64,000 nt of DNA from Camelus ferus (GCF_009834535.1 NC_045697.1:84384001-84448000), one strand, 5' to 3'; positions 11,645 through 25,781 are shown, counted from the first letter of the stretch. Notes: generated by a model from the sequence alone, not told the origin. A program made the numbers and translations.

Positions 11645-14499
11645 TATGAATCAAAAATTTTGTAAGATCCTCATCTCTTATACTTTAATTTGAATTCTGC
11701 ATAGGATATTAATTTTCATTCTATGGTAGAAAAGAAACAAGTAAGAACTTTTAGATGAGCACTTAACAAGAAGGAATATAGGATTCTTAGTTGATAAAGT
11801 ACTTTACGTATATAATCTTAGCTCTTAGATGAATATATATGTGTGCATATATTTATTGAGAGCAGCAATTTCACTGACAACCACCTTAATTTTTTAAGAA
11901 TGTATGAAAATTATTTAATAATGAAAATCCATCCCAAGGCCTAATTATGTGGCTCTGGCTCAGCTATTATACAAGAAATTATTTATGCTTATCTGCAGCT
12001 GGTTCCAGACCTCTACTAGTCATTATGCAAGGCCTATGTAAAACTTCTCAAAATTAAATTTGTAACTCATCTATATGATTTACAAATGATTTAATAATTA
12101 AAAATGTAATGCATTCCAACAAGTGCTGGAATGGTAATTCTAAAAGTAGCAATGAAGATAAACCTCATATACTGAATAAAACAGCATTCAGTCTGAACCA
12201 AATTTTCTGAGCATTAAAAATAAGACTTGGGTAAACACAGCCGACCACTGACCTAATCTTCAGTCTGTTTTTATTCTCTCTCTCTTATTCTCCTGGCTCA
12301 GTAGTGTAGCCTCGGGGTTTTAACCTATTAGCATCATATTTTTCATCTGACGTTCTTAAGAAATGTTTTTTCCTTAGGAAAGTGGTTACCATCTTCTTCT
12401 CTGTAAAATACACTTGTTTATTATTTAAAGGGCAGTGTGGAAAAAGAAAAAGAAAAGATCATCACCTCACGATATCAAGTCCAGAAGCAACGGAAACTTT
12501 TCAGAGTATTTTTGTTTTGTTTCTAAAACAAAGCTACAATAAAATATCACAGGGGAATAAATGAAATGGACAATTTATAAGTTTAAAAAAAAACATATAA
12601 CTAGCCAAGGCTTTAAGACTAAAATAGATCTAGATCAACTGACAGCCTGCAATGAAAGTCTGCTTAATCTTGTTGCTATAGTTTTACCTAGTCTGACTTG
12701 GAATTGTAGGACTACATACACAGCTATAACGTTTATCTGCTCCAAGCTTACATGCCAAGTTGAAGAAAAGCCCGAGTCAGTACTGCGAGCAGGACATCAC
12801 AAGCCAGCATCTGCTCTGCCCACCCCCACCCCCACGGAAAGCGTATAGGAGCTTCCTCTCGTAAGCCTGTGGGAAAAACACGGCAGGGATCTGCTGTATG
12901 AAACCACAGCTTTCCTCCTTCCTCTGATTTCTCCAGCTCTAGAAATCCGCAGACTTTCCTTTGAACTTGTGTGCTGAATACTGAACCCACTTAACATTTG
13001 TCTTGTTACCCTGTATTGATATGTAATTTTTGGTATAAAAGATCAACCTCTACAAATTGAAAAAAGTTTAAAGTATCTTCCCTGCTTCATTTCATTTTAT
13101 ATCCTCATTGCCTAGATTAGGGCTCTACATATCACAGTGACTCAACAATTTCTTTCAAAACAAGATAATTTAGGGGAGGGATGAGAATATTTTTAAATGG
13201 GTAGATAAATTTATACAGCTTAAATTCTAGAAGACATTGACTTCTGTATATTGCAGTAGGAATCACACAGCTGATTTCATTAATGCTTTACTTTGGGCTT
13301 TTTGGCAGACATTAAATATCTTTGATTCATCAAAGTATTTATCTGATAAATATCTCATAAAAATTAGATGATATGTTTTGAAGTTTTTTAGGCTTCTTTT
13401 GAAGGAACACATAAACAATTAGATATTTAGCTAAACTGCTCCTTTATCACACTGTAAAAATATCATAAATCTTTTATTGTAACTGTTACATTTGCATCAA
13501 AGAATTATGTCATCAAGTATGATAAAATAAAGATGATAAAAACAGAGAAGGAGAATCAGAACTCTGACTCTAAATCAGATTTCTACTTAATAACTAGAGT
13601 TGACATTCAAGCAAGAGAAAACGGGTGTCAGCCTAGCCTCGCCTGACATTTCTGGATATAATCTCCAACTCAGATCAATATGGAATATTCATGGAATTTG
13701 CGTTATCTTACAATGTCCTGGCTTCTGCCTCATTGGTGCAGCCCCTATAAAGAACAGCACTTATCTTCGCCATATCATAACAAGCAATACTTCAAGAGGT
13801 GGCAGTATTTCAGAAATAGGTCATCGGAGCTATAGAGAGAGAAAGACGTTTCCCTCTACTTCTTTACTAAACATAAAACAACAATCTGGTTACAGAAATA
13901 AGTGATGCATGTGATGAAAATAAAACTGATCCAAGTACCCAGGTCTGAAAAATCCCACATTAAGCCTAAAAGAAATTAAAAGGCAGTCCCCAAAATTCAT
14001 ACACTTGATGCAAATTTTTTTCATCACACTTCCAGTGCGAATCATGGAGCACACTGGCCCAGATTGACAGGAAACACGCTTCTATAACTCTTTCATCCCT
14101 GGGAAAAATTTCTTTTTGTTGACTGGATGGATTTCTCTTACGACATGATAGAGGACGTGACTCAGATCCAGCTTTCTCTCTCCCACCCCTGCTCCCTGCC
14201 TCACTCTCTCTCTCTTTTTTTTTCCTTTCCATTTTAAAAAGTCTGTCTGCAGAGTGGTTTCAATTCTTCACTTGAAGAGCCATCAGAATGCTGCCAGGTC
14301 CCCTTGTTTCCAACTTCAAGTCCTGCTTCTGAATGGAACCACCTCTCACACCAGTGTACCTCCCATCCTGAAATCAACAGTAATTTAAATGTTTACTGGA
14401 GCAGCTCAAGAAAACACTAAAAGGGAATAAAGTAGACTGCAGTCATCACCCACAGCAGAATTTTAAGGAACCTTCCTGCCCTTATCATGACCCTGTAGT

Positions 14500-14710
14500 C
14501 ACGACTGCCAAGGTCTGTATCTCAGCTTCACCAGTTTTTAGTTATGTGACTTTGGCCAAGTTCCCTAAATGTTCCCTGCCTCAGTTTCATCATCTGTTAA
14601 GAAGGAATGAAATACTGACTACCTCCTATGTCTGGCTGTTATGAAGATGAAATTAATTAATCCACATCAAGTCCTTAGAATAGTTACCAAAGGATAGGCA
14701 GTTATTGCCA
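14500..14710 (+). mobile_element. MIR SINE
   Basis: Core tgtgactttggccaagttccctaa...cctcagtttcatcatctgt. Confidence 0.75.
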
Positions 14711-15619
14711 GAGTCCTACCCTGTTGTCCTGAAACCACCCAGTTACACAGCCTGCGCTGGCTCTCTTCTCCCCCTTGACCATTTTACCTTTTGTCTTCAT
14801 TCATTTTCTCTAGGCAATAGCTCTCTGATCTTTCCAAAATAAGTTATTTTACCTTGTCGAGCTACTCCAGTAACCCCCAACCACCACTTTTGCCCATTAA
14901 CTCCATTCTCTTAGAAGGGCAGAGGGGAAGATTAAAAAAACTTACCCTCTATCATTTTTTTTAAACTTTCTGTCACAGAAGTTTTACGAATGTCTGTGAT
15001 TGTGACTTTTAAAAAGGCATTACTATATCTATTACACTTACGATTATAACATTCATGAAAAGAAATCCTGAAAAATTTTAGTTGAAATACTTCACAAGAA
15101 GAGATGCAGATGAGACGATTATATATTTTATTGTCTCTAAAAAATCTCTCTGGATTTTCTGGACTCTGTTATAGTTCAGATTGTGGTATATATAGTTCAG
15201 ACTTGTTTATAGTTTAACTGCTCCATTCAAGTAGTTCTACAGAGTTGGTATCTTAAGAAACTGGGGTCACTAAACTGTACCAGAACATTTTATAAACAAC
15301 CAATAATCGCATTTCATTTTAGGTTCCTTGGTAATTAGTCGGAATTGGTGTTGGCTCACTCAGTACAGCTGAACTAACACAAAGACAAGAAACCGAATTC
15401 ATTTTGCCTCATTTACGAGGAAAAACAATCAAAATAATTTTTTTTACACTTAAAGTTTAGTTAGAGGGTAACAGACCACTTAGGTCAGGACTGTGCTGCT
15501 TATGATTTGATCCCAGCTGTCTGGTTACTACGTGGCTGATGACCTCTTCCTACAACTTTATCATTCCTTGTTTCTCTTAAAAGTTCTGTTAGTTCCATGT
15601 CTCCTTTAAAAAAATTACA

Positions 15620-15830
15620 GTTGACATTTATTGATCACTTTCAGTGTGCCAGAACTATAAGCCCGCTGCATGCACGAATGCATTTAATCTTCACAACAAC
15701 CTTATGAGGTAGGTTCTTTTATAACCCTCATTGTGCAGATGAGGAAACTGAAGATCAAGAGGGATTAACCAATTCCATCCTGGTTACTCATCAAGTAAGT
15801 GGTGAAGATGGGATTCAAGCCCAGAGCAAG
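15620..15830 (-). mobile_element. MIR SINE
   Basis: tttaatcttcacaacaaccttatgaggtagg...cagatgaggaaactgaag...gggattcaagcccag. Confidence 0.8.
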
Positions 15831-16599
15831 CAATCCTAACAATTCATTACTCCCCAAAGCCTTCCTGTGACTCTCTGTTTTGATTTCAAAAGCTTCGTGA
15901 GAGATAGCGTAGTACTTTTCTATTGTGTGTACACAGCAGCAAACACTGCCCTGAGCTTGTTTATGCAGCTATAAATATAAAGATAACTCTGGAAGTCATA
16001 TATTGCATCTTCTTAGTGGCTCTGGTTCTCAGTCAGTCAAATTACTTCCTATACTACAGCAGCCACGCTGAGAGTACATTTCTTCTTCTGACTGTTTCTC
16101 CTCATTCCTTTTCTCCGAGGAAATAGTTCTCACAGGAAATAATTTCAAACTGGGCAGTGCGAGCGTGGGAGCAGAGGGAGCAGGGGGGAAGGACAGGCAA
16201 TGGGGAGGGTCAGCAAGATATTTAAAAGGCTGTGTTTTGGAAACCCTCCCATCAGTAAGTTCCTAAGACTCCAGTGCTGGTTTCTTTTATCTCCTGAAAT
16301 GCTTCTCATGAACAAACTTTTGTGGAAACCCAGTGAAGAGCTCAGGCTTCATATCCAGTCATCAAAGGGTAAAACAGACAGCAGGAGAGGGTGTGAGAGC
16401 CCAGAGGCAGACACCCCTGTGATGCTGAGGGAGCCAGAAGAAATCTTAGGGAGAGCTCTGGACAATCACAACCTGGGGACCCCGAGCTGAACCCACTTTA
16501 ATTAGGTCTGTAAGGGAGCAGACGGCCTTTGGCTGAGAGTGGGATTATTGATTCATGTAATCAAACTTAAATTATTCCCCACCAGAATGATGATATTTT

Positions 16600-17290
16600 T
16601 AAAAAATTGGCAATACCATGTGTTGCCTAGGCTTTGAAGCAACTGGAACTGTCATACATTGATGGTAAGAATACATATGGTGCAGCCCCTTTGGAAAAGA
16701 GTTTGGAAGTTTCTTAGAAAAATTAAACATACACCCCACCATGTGACCTAGCAATGCCCCACCTATATATTTACCAAAGAGAAATGAGAACATTATGTCC
16801 TCACAAACACCTGTATGCAAGCATCAACTATGGCTTTTTCCCTAACACAAAAACTGGAAACAACTCAAATGTCTATCAATGGATGAATGGAGAATCAAAC
16901 TGCAGCATATCCATACCATGGAATAAACACTCAGCAATAAAAAGGAGCAAACCACTGACACATGCAGTAATGGGTGAATCTCACAAGCATTATGCTAAGC
17001 CAGACACACAAGACTACATACTGTATGATCCCCCTTACATGATTTATATGACATTCTACAACAGGCAAAACAATAGTGACAAAAAACAGATCAGTGACTG
17101 TCAGTGGCTGGAGGCTGAGGCGGGGGGTGGGGGTCGACTATAAGGGGTACTGGGAAATAGCTGAGGTGACAGAAATGTTCTGTATCCTGATTACAGTGGT
17201 GGTTACATGACCGTATATACATCTGTAGAAAAACTAATCAAATCATACACTTAAAATGGGTGGATTTTATTGTATGTATTGTACTACACC
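16600..17290 (+). mobile_element. Old L1 (L1ME/L1MB-like) ORF2 end + 3'UTR
   Basis: Degenerate L1 3' motifs (gcaactggaact...ttggaaaa...atgtctatcaatggatgaatgg...ctcagcaataaaaagg...acatactgtatgatcc). Confidence 0.8.
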
Positions 17291-17637
17291 TCGGTACAGC
17301 GGGGGTTTTGTTATTGTTGCTGTTTGTTTTCAATTAAACCATCCTCACTGGCATTCATAAAGACTGAAATGAAACATGGGTATTCAGAGGATGCTTTCTT
17401 ACAGAAGGGCAGTCCCCCTTACTTCACCTGGTGGTTTTACTGCACATTCTCAGAGGTTTCCCCCATGCCCACTGTTCATGCTATTAAGAAGGAGAAGTTT
17501 AACCAGAGCATGATTTGGGCTGAGTCTCTTGACCAGTACAAAGCTGTTTTGGGGCCAGAGTTTTAAAACATACTCACTAACTAAAAGCTGAACATCATCT
17601 TTTCGAGTGTACACAATCACAGCCCTTGGTTTATAAC

Positions 17638-17770
17638 TAGGGCAGCCAGATAAAATATAGCACAGCCAGTCAAATTTAATTTTAGATGAACAATAAATAA
17701 TTTTTTAGTATAACAATGTCTCAAATATTGCATGAGACATATTTTTTATTTGCTCTATCTGACAATCTGA
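17638..17770. mobile_element. MER53-like hAT MITE
   Basis: tagggcagccagataaaatatag...ttagatgaacaataaataattttttagtata...tatttgctctatctgacaatc. Confidence 0.7.
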
Positions 17771-17984
17771 TTAATAACACCAGCACCACTAGTCTAGGCA
17801 TGGCCTCTTCAATTTTATTTATTCACTCACAATTAATTAGCTACTTAATTAATTTCATATGCATGTTTTAGTTGCGTGTAATGTTAGTAACTGTAGCTAT
17901 AACTGCCCTCTTAAGAAACCATGTGGCAACTCTAAGACACAGGGAACTTATTTTAGACTACTGAGAAGTGACTGATACAGGAGC

Positions 17985-18792
17985 CTGTTAATCAAATTGT
18001 GATTTGCAGACCTAGAGCACCAGCATCAACCTGGTGCTTGTTAGAAAAGAATCTCACTCAGGTCTCACCTAGAACTGCTGAATTCAGAATCTGCATTTTA
18101 AGATTCATATGCAGACTACTGTTTTAGAAGCCCAGATTTATAAAGCCGTGTTTTTGGAAAATTCCCAAGGGCATATGCAGGGTGGACTGAAGGGAAACTG
18201 ACTTGAAGTACAAAAACCCCTTACAAGAATATTTTAAAAGTCTATTACTTCAAGAACTGAATTATGGCACAGGCAGCAGGAATTAAAAGAAAGGAATCAA
18301 AATGAGAAAGACTAACAGAAAAAAAATTATCGATGGACTCAGTAAAGGACTGGATGGACGAAGGAAAGGAAAGATGTCAGAATCTGAATATAAATCAAGT
18401 AGAACCATGAAAGTGTTTCTAGTATTCTTGGCAGTGGTTCTCAACCCTAGTAGCACATGATAAACACCTAGTAGCTTTAAGAAATACTGATGCCTGGATC
18501 TCAACCCCAGAGATTATGATTTAAGGTGAAACCTGGGCATTAGAATTTCTAAACGCTCCCTGAGTGACTCTAATGTGCTGCCAAGGTTAAGAACCATAAG
18601 AATATGGGCTCTTTCAATCTATTTGTTTTCACTTAGAGAAGTGATTTTTCAACCCTAGCTGTACTTTATAAGTACTTGGGGAGCTTTAAAAATGTATCAG
18701 TATCCGGACCTTGCCCTTAGAGATTCTGGTTTAACTGGTAATATTTTATAAATTTCACAGTTGATTGTAATGTGCAGACAGGTTGAGAACAC
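17985..18792. mobile_element. Three MER5-like hAT MITEs (~17985-18135, 18432-18596, 18640-18792)
   Basis: TIR-like ends cagtggttctcaacc / ggttaagaacca and agtgatttttcaacc / ggttgagaacact; gaattcagaatctgcattttaa core. Confidence 0.75.
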
Positions 18793-19362
18793 TCAACTGG
18801 AGCATTCAGTTTAAATGATAATTTATTAACTCTTTTTTCAAATAACTATCAAATGAAGAGAGAATTCAGTGCTTATAGAATCCAAATCTTCCAGTTAGGT
18901 GAAATAGAAACCAACTTATTTTCATTTGCTTGTTATAATTTCACAATAAATTTCACTTGGAATTAGCTACAATTTCCATTTTTCCAAAACCTCATTTTGA
19001 ATCCCCCTCCCCCGCCAAAATCAGCTGATGATCATTGCAATTGGATAACCATTTATGAAATAAGCTTTATTCAGACGTTTAAAATATAATATGAAATAAA
19101 TTGATTGTAACCACAACCACAATTATATATCTTAGGATAGAGTAAGGTCCTCAGGAGAGAGAGGTAAGGAAATGGCATGTCTAAAATTTATTTCTCAAAG
19201 TAAAGTCTCCATCAGGATTCAACCTTATTACTAAAGTCTAAATAAAAAAAATCAGAGAAAGAACTTTATAGTTAACTTATCACTACAGCATTAGTTTGTA
19301 AGTGTGCAAAGAAAAGTAAAAAAAATTTTTCAAAAAGGAAAATGTTTCCAAATGACCTTTTA

Positions 19363-19473
<111 letters not shown>

Positions 19474-20297
19474 CTAGAAAGGAAGAAGAAATTCAATTTA
19501 ATGACTGACCTGTTCAAAGGTCGATTTGATTTTTCTGATTTATAGGATTAGAGAAATCTAACCTTTGACCTATCTTGTTGCTCTGAATGACAATTTTATC
19601 ACTGTAAAAGGCATCAAGTCATATAAGTATATATCATCTTTGACAAAGATAAATTTAAGATTTTTTTAGGAGCCAGTGGTTATGGAAAAAATACAGACGT
19701 AGACAGATGTTAAGAAATAAAGGAAATTCAAAATATTAACCGATTTAGACAGCCTTACTTAAATTCAGGAGAAAGTGGCACCTCTCCTCCTCTGTAATAC
19801 AATTTGCCTGTTCCCATCTCACTGATTCTTCTGAAAAAGAAAAGCATCTCTGCTCTGAAACTTTTCCTATAAAATCTACCACCTCCAAAATGGTCTCTCC
19901 AATACTGACTTTACTTTCCTTCTAATGATTGTTTACATGTTTCCTCGGTATTCTGTATTTCTGTCTCAGTTGATCATGACAATTAAAATCTTTTCTTTTT
20001 TTGTATATATATTAAAAAAAGTTGCATGGCCTTCATCAGATTATAAACAATTCCTTAATCTTTTAAAGCTCTTTCCCCTTTTACCAAATATGTCTTATAT
20101 ATCCAATAATCACAAAGGACTTCTGAAAGGTATAAAAGTTCTAAATGCAGGCTAAAGAACGAAAGATACAGGCTATTTTCCATTAAACCAGATTGAGAAG
20201 ATTAAAGGTAGGCTGTAAACTCTATGAGGGGCTTTTTTTTTTTCTTTTGGTTCATCACTATATTCCTAAGATTAGCACAGGAATTCTAAAACATTTG

Positions 20298-20344
20298 TTA
20301 ACTAAATGAGGGAATTCATTAACTAAATGAGGGAATTCATTAAC
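20298..20344 (+). repeat. Perfect 21-bp tandem duplication
   Basis: TTAACTAAATGAGGGAATTCA x2 plus partial TTAAC. Confidence 0.95.
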
Positions 20345-20489
20345 AAATGATATCATGATTATCCAATGTGATCACTTTTAGCTTACTATACTTTAAAGCA
20401 AATCTTGTAAGTAGGAGGGAAAACATACTTGAAGAAATGGACAGATACCACTATATGAGATACAATTAAAATGAAGCCAAGATACCAGA

Positions 20490-20760
20490 ACATAAACATC
20501 TGAATGAATATTGTTCCCTTCAAAGCAATAGCATTGGGAATTTTCATGCTCAACCTAATAATAGCATCATTGTTCCAAAAATTCTGCTTTTGGAATTCCC
20601 TTCAGAGAATATGGAATAGTCACAGTGGAAAAATCCTCGTCTTTGAAGGTCATTCCTATTTTTTTTTTAATTAGCTTGAAGTCACGCAAAGTGAAGGCTG
20701 TGAATAAAGCAAATGATTACATTAGATTCCACCATCTGGGGTCAGAAATGAGGCCAATTT
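20490..20760 (+). mobile_element. MARNA-like mariner relic
   Basis: ttgttcccttcaaagcaatagcattggga...cattgttccaaaa...ttttggaattcccttcagag. Confidence 0.6.
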
Positions 20761-21189
20761 TCCCCGAGAGGGCCACACTTGGCATTAAAGACAATTTTAA
20801 AAGAAAAGATATAAAATAGTGGAAAATCTATATAAATATCTTATGTTATAAATAAACACTACTACATTTTTAATTTTTCTGCAAACATGCTTAAAGTTAT
20901 ATTGAAAGACAGAGAAAACCTTGGCTAAATGTTTCCAAGAACTAGTTCTTAAATTACATACTATATTGCAAAGTATGTAAAGAAAGCAGACAGGATACTG
21001 ATACTGATGAGTTAAAAGAATTAAAAAATTGTGAATTTACATAGTGAATTATTCTACAAGCTAATAATCAAAATACGAACAGAAATACATCCTCATCAAT
21101 CATTTTATTAATGAATATCTGAATTACAAGAAAATTTATAAAAAAAAGAGGATTAAACCCAACTATCTAATCAAAGTAATAGAGTTTGA

Positions 21190-24100
21190 CAGACTGAAAT
21201 TAGTAGGACTTTCACAGAAGTTTGTGTGTGTGTGTGTGCATACTAGAAGTTTAAAATAAACAGCAGCCCTGGATTTCACTCTTCATTGAAGGAGGTAGGA
21301 GTAATGTATGCTTCAAAATCACTTAAAATGAATTTCAGCATCTCAAAGAATTTTCCTTTAACAATGCACTCAGTGCAAGGGCTATAAACACAGAGAGAAC
21401 TTCCAATCCCTCTAGGTCCAAGAAACACTGAAGAAAAAATGAAGCACTACTATTGTGATTATTTCTTTCACTGTTTATGAGAACATGACAGTGTAAAAAA
21501 ACACAAAGCTGAGGTACCCACCTGCCATAATAAAACAACTGCTACCAGACTTGCCCTCCTGCTGAAAAATATATGAAATAACTAAACCACAGACGGTCAA
21601 CAGGGGTATACACATGACTGCCTTGTAATAATCTGACTTTCCTCCTGTGGACATTTTCCCGATGAAGAGAAGGCAGGTGGTACACAAGTAGAGTAACAGT
21701 TCCAAATGGAACCGAATTCAGGGCTTCTAAAGTGTCTGGAATTTGCAAGGTAAAGTACCTGATAAGACAGGCTGTGTTGGGGGGGTGGGGGTAGGGGTGT
21801 AAAGGGGGAGTGGCAGAAATTGAGTGGCTAATCACTTCAGAGAGGTATTTGGTAAGACTTTAAGAGAGTCTAGCAAAAATTACCTGTTGAAGACTGAAAG
21901 CAGAATGTAACACCAGATACAAAAATGTTTGAAGACATTGGGGTTCTACTCAGCTAGAGGAGACACATCACTCAGCACCTCAGGCATTCAATTGAGATAC
22001 AGAAAGGCACTCCTTAGGAGCAAGGACCATACCCTACATTTGGGTGACATTCCCTAAGTCTAAAAAAATTTATAAGTAGGTCCATCCTAACAAATAATAC
22101 TGAGCCTGACAGGACCAAAAGGATCTTCTAGTAACTTCTAGCACTTCACTGTCTGCAAGAACAAAGGTCAGCCCTGTTTTAAAAGAGGATGATATGATCC
22201 AAATGCCCTGCAGCAAAACACTCACAATGTCCAGCATACCATAAAAAATCACAACACATGTGAAGAAACAGGAAACTGCAACCCACAGTGAAGAGAAAAA
22301 GCAGTCAATGGAAAATGACCCCAAGATGATTCAGATGTTGTAATCAACAAAGACTTCAAAGCAGCTATTATAAATGTATTTAAGGATGTAAAATATGGTG
22401 ATAATGAACAGATGGGAATCTCTGTAAAGAAAGAAAAATTGTTAAAAACAACAACAACAAAAAAAACCCAAATGGAAATTCTAGAACTGAAAAGTACAAA
22501 GTCTAAAATGAAAAGTTCACTGATGGATTTAACAGCAGGTCGGAAATGGCAGAAGGGTCAGTGAACTTGAAGACAGATGAACAGAAAGAATCTAATCAAA
22601 AGGACTGAGAGGAAAAAAATACATATAGAAAGTTAACAGAGCCTCAGTGTTTTCTGGGACATCAAGTGGTCCAGCATATATATAATTGGAGTTCAAAGAG
22701 AAGCGAATGGGGCAGAAAAAATACTTAAAGACATGACCAAGAACTTCCCAAAGTTAGTGAAAACCTTAAACACATATACACATAGTGGAAATATCTTTGA
22801 AGAATATAGGCAAAATAAAGGCATTTTCATATGAATGAAATCGGAGATCTGTCACCACCAGACCAGTACTAAAGAAGTGCTAATGGAAGTTCTTCAGCCT
22901 GAAGGGAACAATAATAGAATCTAAGGAAAGGGAGCAGACAGCTTGGAACTTGGCTTGAGCCTAAGCACAAATATATAAAGAATAAGGAAACCTGCTTCTT
23001 CATTTTTGGAGGAGGAAACACCCTCCTTAAGAAAGGAGGATGAAAACAAAATGCACCCTGAGATGTTAGATTGAAACTGGAGGTAAGAATTCACCGTTGG
23101 TAACAGTGTTACAAACAGAGTGACTGTAACAGTTAGATATAGAAATAAATAAAAATTTAGATATATTGTATATACATGTGGTTATTTTCTCCTAGCTCTG
23201 TCTGCTGATAAACTAGTAGCAATGACCACACCTAGTATCCAGATCCTGGCTTCTAAATACCATCTCTTCCACTGAAAGGAACCAGGGCTTCTTGGGGAAA
23301 ATAATGGTTCTAGGGCTAGTGCAGGGAAAGCATAAAATGAGTCTGGAGCATCTTGTTAAGCAGGTAAAACTTTCAGCTCCCCCAGCAAGCAAGAAATGTC
23401 AAGAGTGATGGGGCATATCAAAAAGACAGAGGAGCTGGCAAATCTGGTATAATTTGAGAATGTGATTAAAAATAATAAGAGTACAACTCATTGAACAAAA
23501 TAAAAATCCATGATTCCAAAATGATAGAAATAAATAAATGAATGAGTGAATAAAGAACGCAAAGCTCTTCTTTATATTAGAATGCCAACTAATATACATA
23601 GAAGGTATTATGAGGTTGGAAAATCAGTGTATGCCAAAACTGGTAAATGTACATTGATGAGGAATAGAATATTTACACAATATCAAAATATCTCCCCTTA
23701 AGATACCTATTAATTACAATGGGAAAATTGTACATTATAGTGGAAAAACCTAGTGGACACCACTTTAATAACCAAGTTATCAACTTTAACATCATCAATA
23801 GGTGGGTAAAGTAGCATCATGTCCTACCTGATAATATATGCTAAGAAGGTCTGTAGTATAACAAAAAATATACATATTTGGTCTTTGTTCCCAGTTCCTG
23901 GCATAAAGCTCCTCAAACCCTTAACATTTCCTGAGTGATTGGAGAGTCTTTTTTATTCATAACAAGTTCCTTACAATCACATCTGAGTTCATGCTTATGA
24001 CAAGATTCATAGAGGAGAGGGCCTCATATAGCTTCAGGATGAGCTGGCTTCAGGAAAACCAATCAAGTGGTTAGCAGATTAGAACTTTTGGCCCCACCAC

Positions 24101-25230
24101 TGACCTCTGGACAGGGAAGTGGGGCTGGAGATTGAGTCCAATCACCAATAACCAATGATTTACTCAATCATGCCTACATAACACAGAAAACAATCAGGTT
24201 TGCAGGAACTTTCGAGTTGGTGAAGTTATCTATGTGCTGGAATGGTGGTGTACTGCCTTCTGGAGAAGGCATGGATGTTTTGTGTCCCCCACCTCTCACT
24301 CCTTGACCTATGTATCTCTTCAATTTGGCTATTCTGAATTGTATCCTCAATAATAAAATTGTAATTTTAAGTATAGTGATTTCTTGAGTTCTCTGAGTAA
24401 TTCTAGCAAATTATTAAAACTAAGCAGGGAACCCCTGAGTTTGTAGTTGGCCAGACATAAGGGTGATCAGCCTGGAGATCCTATTTGTGGTTGACATCTG
24501 AAGTGGGAATAATACCGTAGGACTGAGCCCTTAACCTGTGGATTCTGAGCTAACTCCAGGTAGCTAGTGTCAGAATTGAGTTGGATTGTGGGACACCCTG
24601 GCTGGTGTAAGAGAAGTGAAGAATTAAGTGACTGTTGTTTGGAAAACCAAACAAGATCTCAAGATCAACATTTGAGGTATTCCTGCCAAAAGTGCCTAAC
24701 ATGAATCTATTCAAGGAAAACACTCTACAAGATAAGGCCTGTATTCTTCCAAAACATATGTCAAGAATAAGAAACACTGAGAAACTATTCCAGATTTAAT
24801 GGAGACTAAAGAGATATGACAAATATATGCAATATGTAATCCTGAACCGGAGCCCTGATAGAGGGAAAAAAAAAACTCTAAAGGGCATTCACGGAACAAC
24901 TGACCAAATCTGACTATGGACTGTTAGGTAATAGTATTGTATCATAAAATTTCCAGATTTTGATAAATGTATCACAATTGTGTGAGAGAATATTCCTGTT
25001 AGAAATCACATACTGAAATATTTAGTAAAACTATCTCCAAATGGTTCAGGAAAAATAATATGCATATGTTACTTACACACATTATACATAGAAAAAGAGA
25101 ATAATAAAGCAAATGGGGCAAAATATAAACAATGGGAGAATCTAGGTAAAAGGTATACAGAAGTTTCTTATACTGGTCTTGCAACTTTATTTAAAGTTTG
25201 AAGTGATGTAACAATAAAAATAATAGGAAA
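21190..25230 (+). mobile_element. Old L1 (L1MC/L1M4-like): degraded 5'/ORF1 region joined to the 3'UTR, ORF2 largely missing
   Basis: A-rich ORF1-like remnant ~22200-22900 (aaagacttcaaagcagctattataaat; aaatggaaattctagaactgaaaagtac). L1MC-type 3'UTR 23200-25230 is homologous to 48640-49488. Confidence 0.7.
23852..24653 (+). mobile_element. MER21-like solo LTR inserted in an old L1
   Basis: TG...CA termini with near-TSD AGGTC/AGATC. MER21-like motifs (ggtctttgttcccagttcctggcataaagctcct; caatcatgcctacataa; ggactgagcccttaacctgtgg). Confidence 0.78.
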
Positions 25231-25781
25231 CAACACAGCAGGCTTACCAAATTATATGCTAGTTTTCTTCCACAGAGTGGAATACCTAAAGATTATTAGA
25301 ACACTGGAAAAAAAATACAGCAGTTCCCAAATGTGTTCCTTGGGGCACAATTATACCATGACAAATTTATCAAAATTAAAACAGTTGCTCTTGTCATTTC
25401 TTTCCTAAAATTCATTTTGGAAATAATTCTAATTACTAGAAATTCACTTGAGTAGAAAGTGAGACCTGCAGGGTGAAAGATGGAGAAGATTTATTTACCT
25501 GGAGAAAGACTGAAACAGTGGGGATGGGAGGAGTAGCAGCTGTATCTGGAAGGCCACGTGGGTGGCAATGTGACCCTTCCCCAAGACCCTCTTTTTTCTC
25601 CCTAGAAATCACGGTATCCAGGGAGTGGTTGTTCCATGGAAATAGGAGAAGAGTCCAAGTTTTGCATTCCAGTTGACTTAGGAAAAAGGGTTACTTAGAC
25701 AATATAAATCCTTTGACATAGGAAATCTTGAGGAGGCTTAAGGCTTCCAAAGGACATGGAACCAGGAGGCTCAAGGCCATC

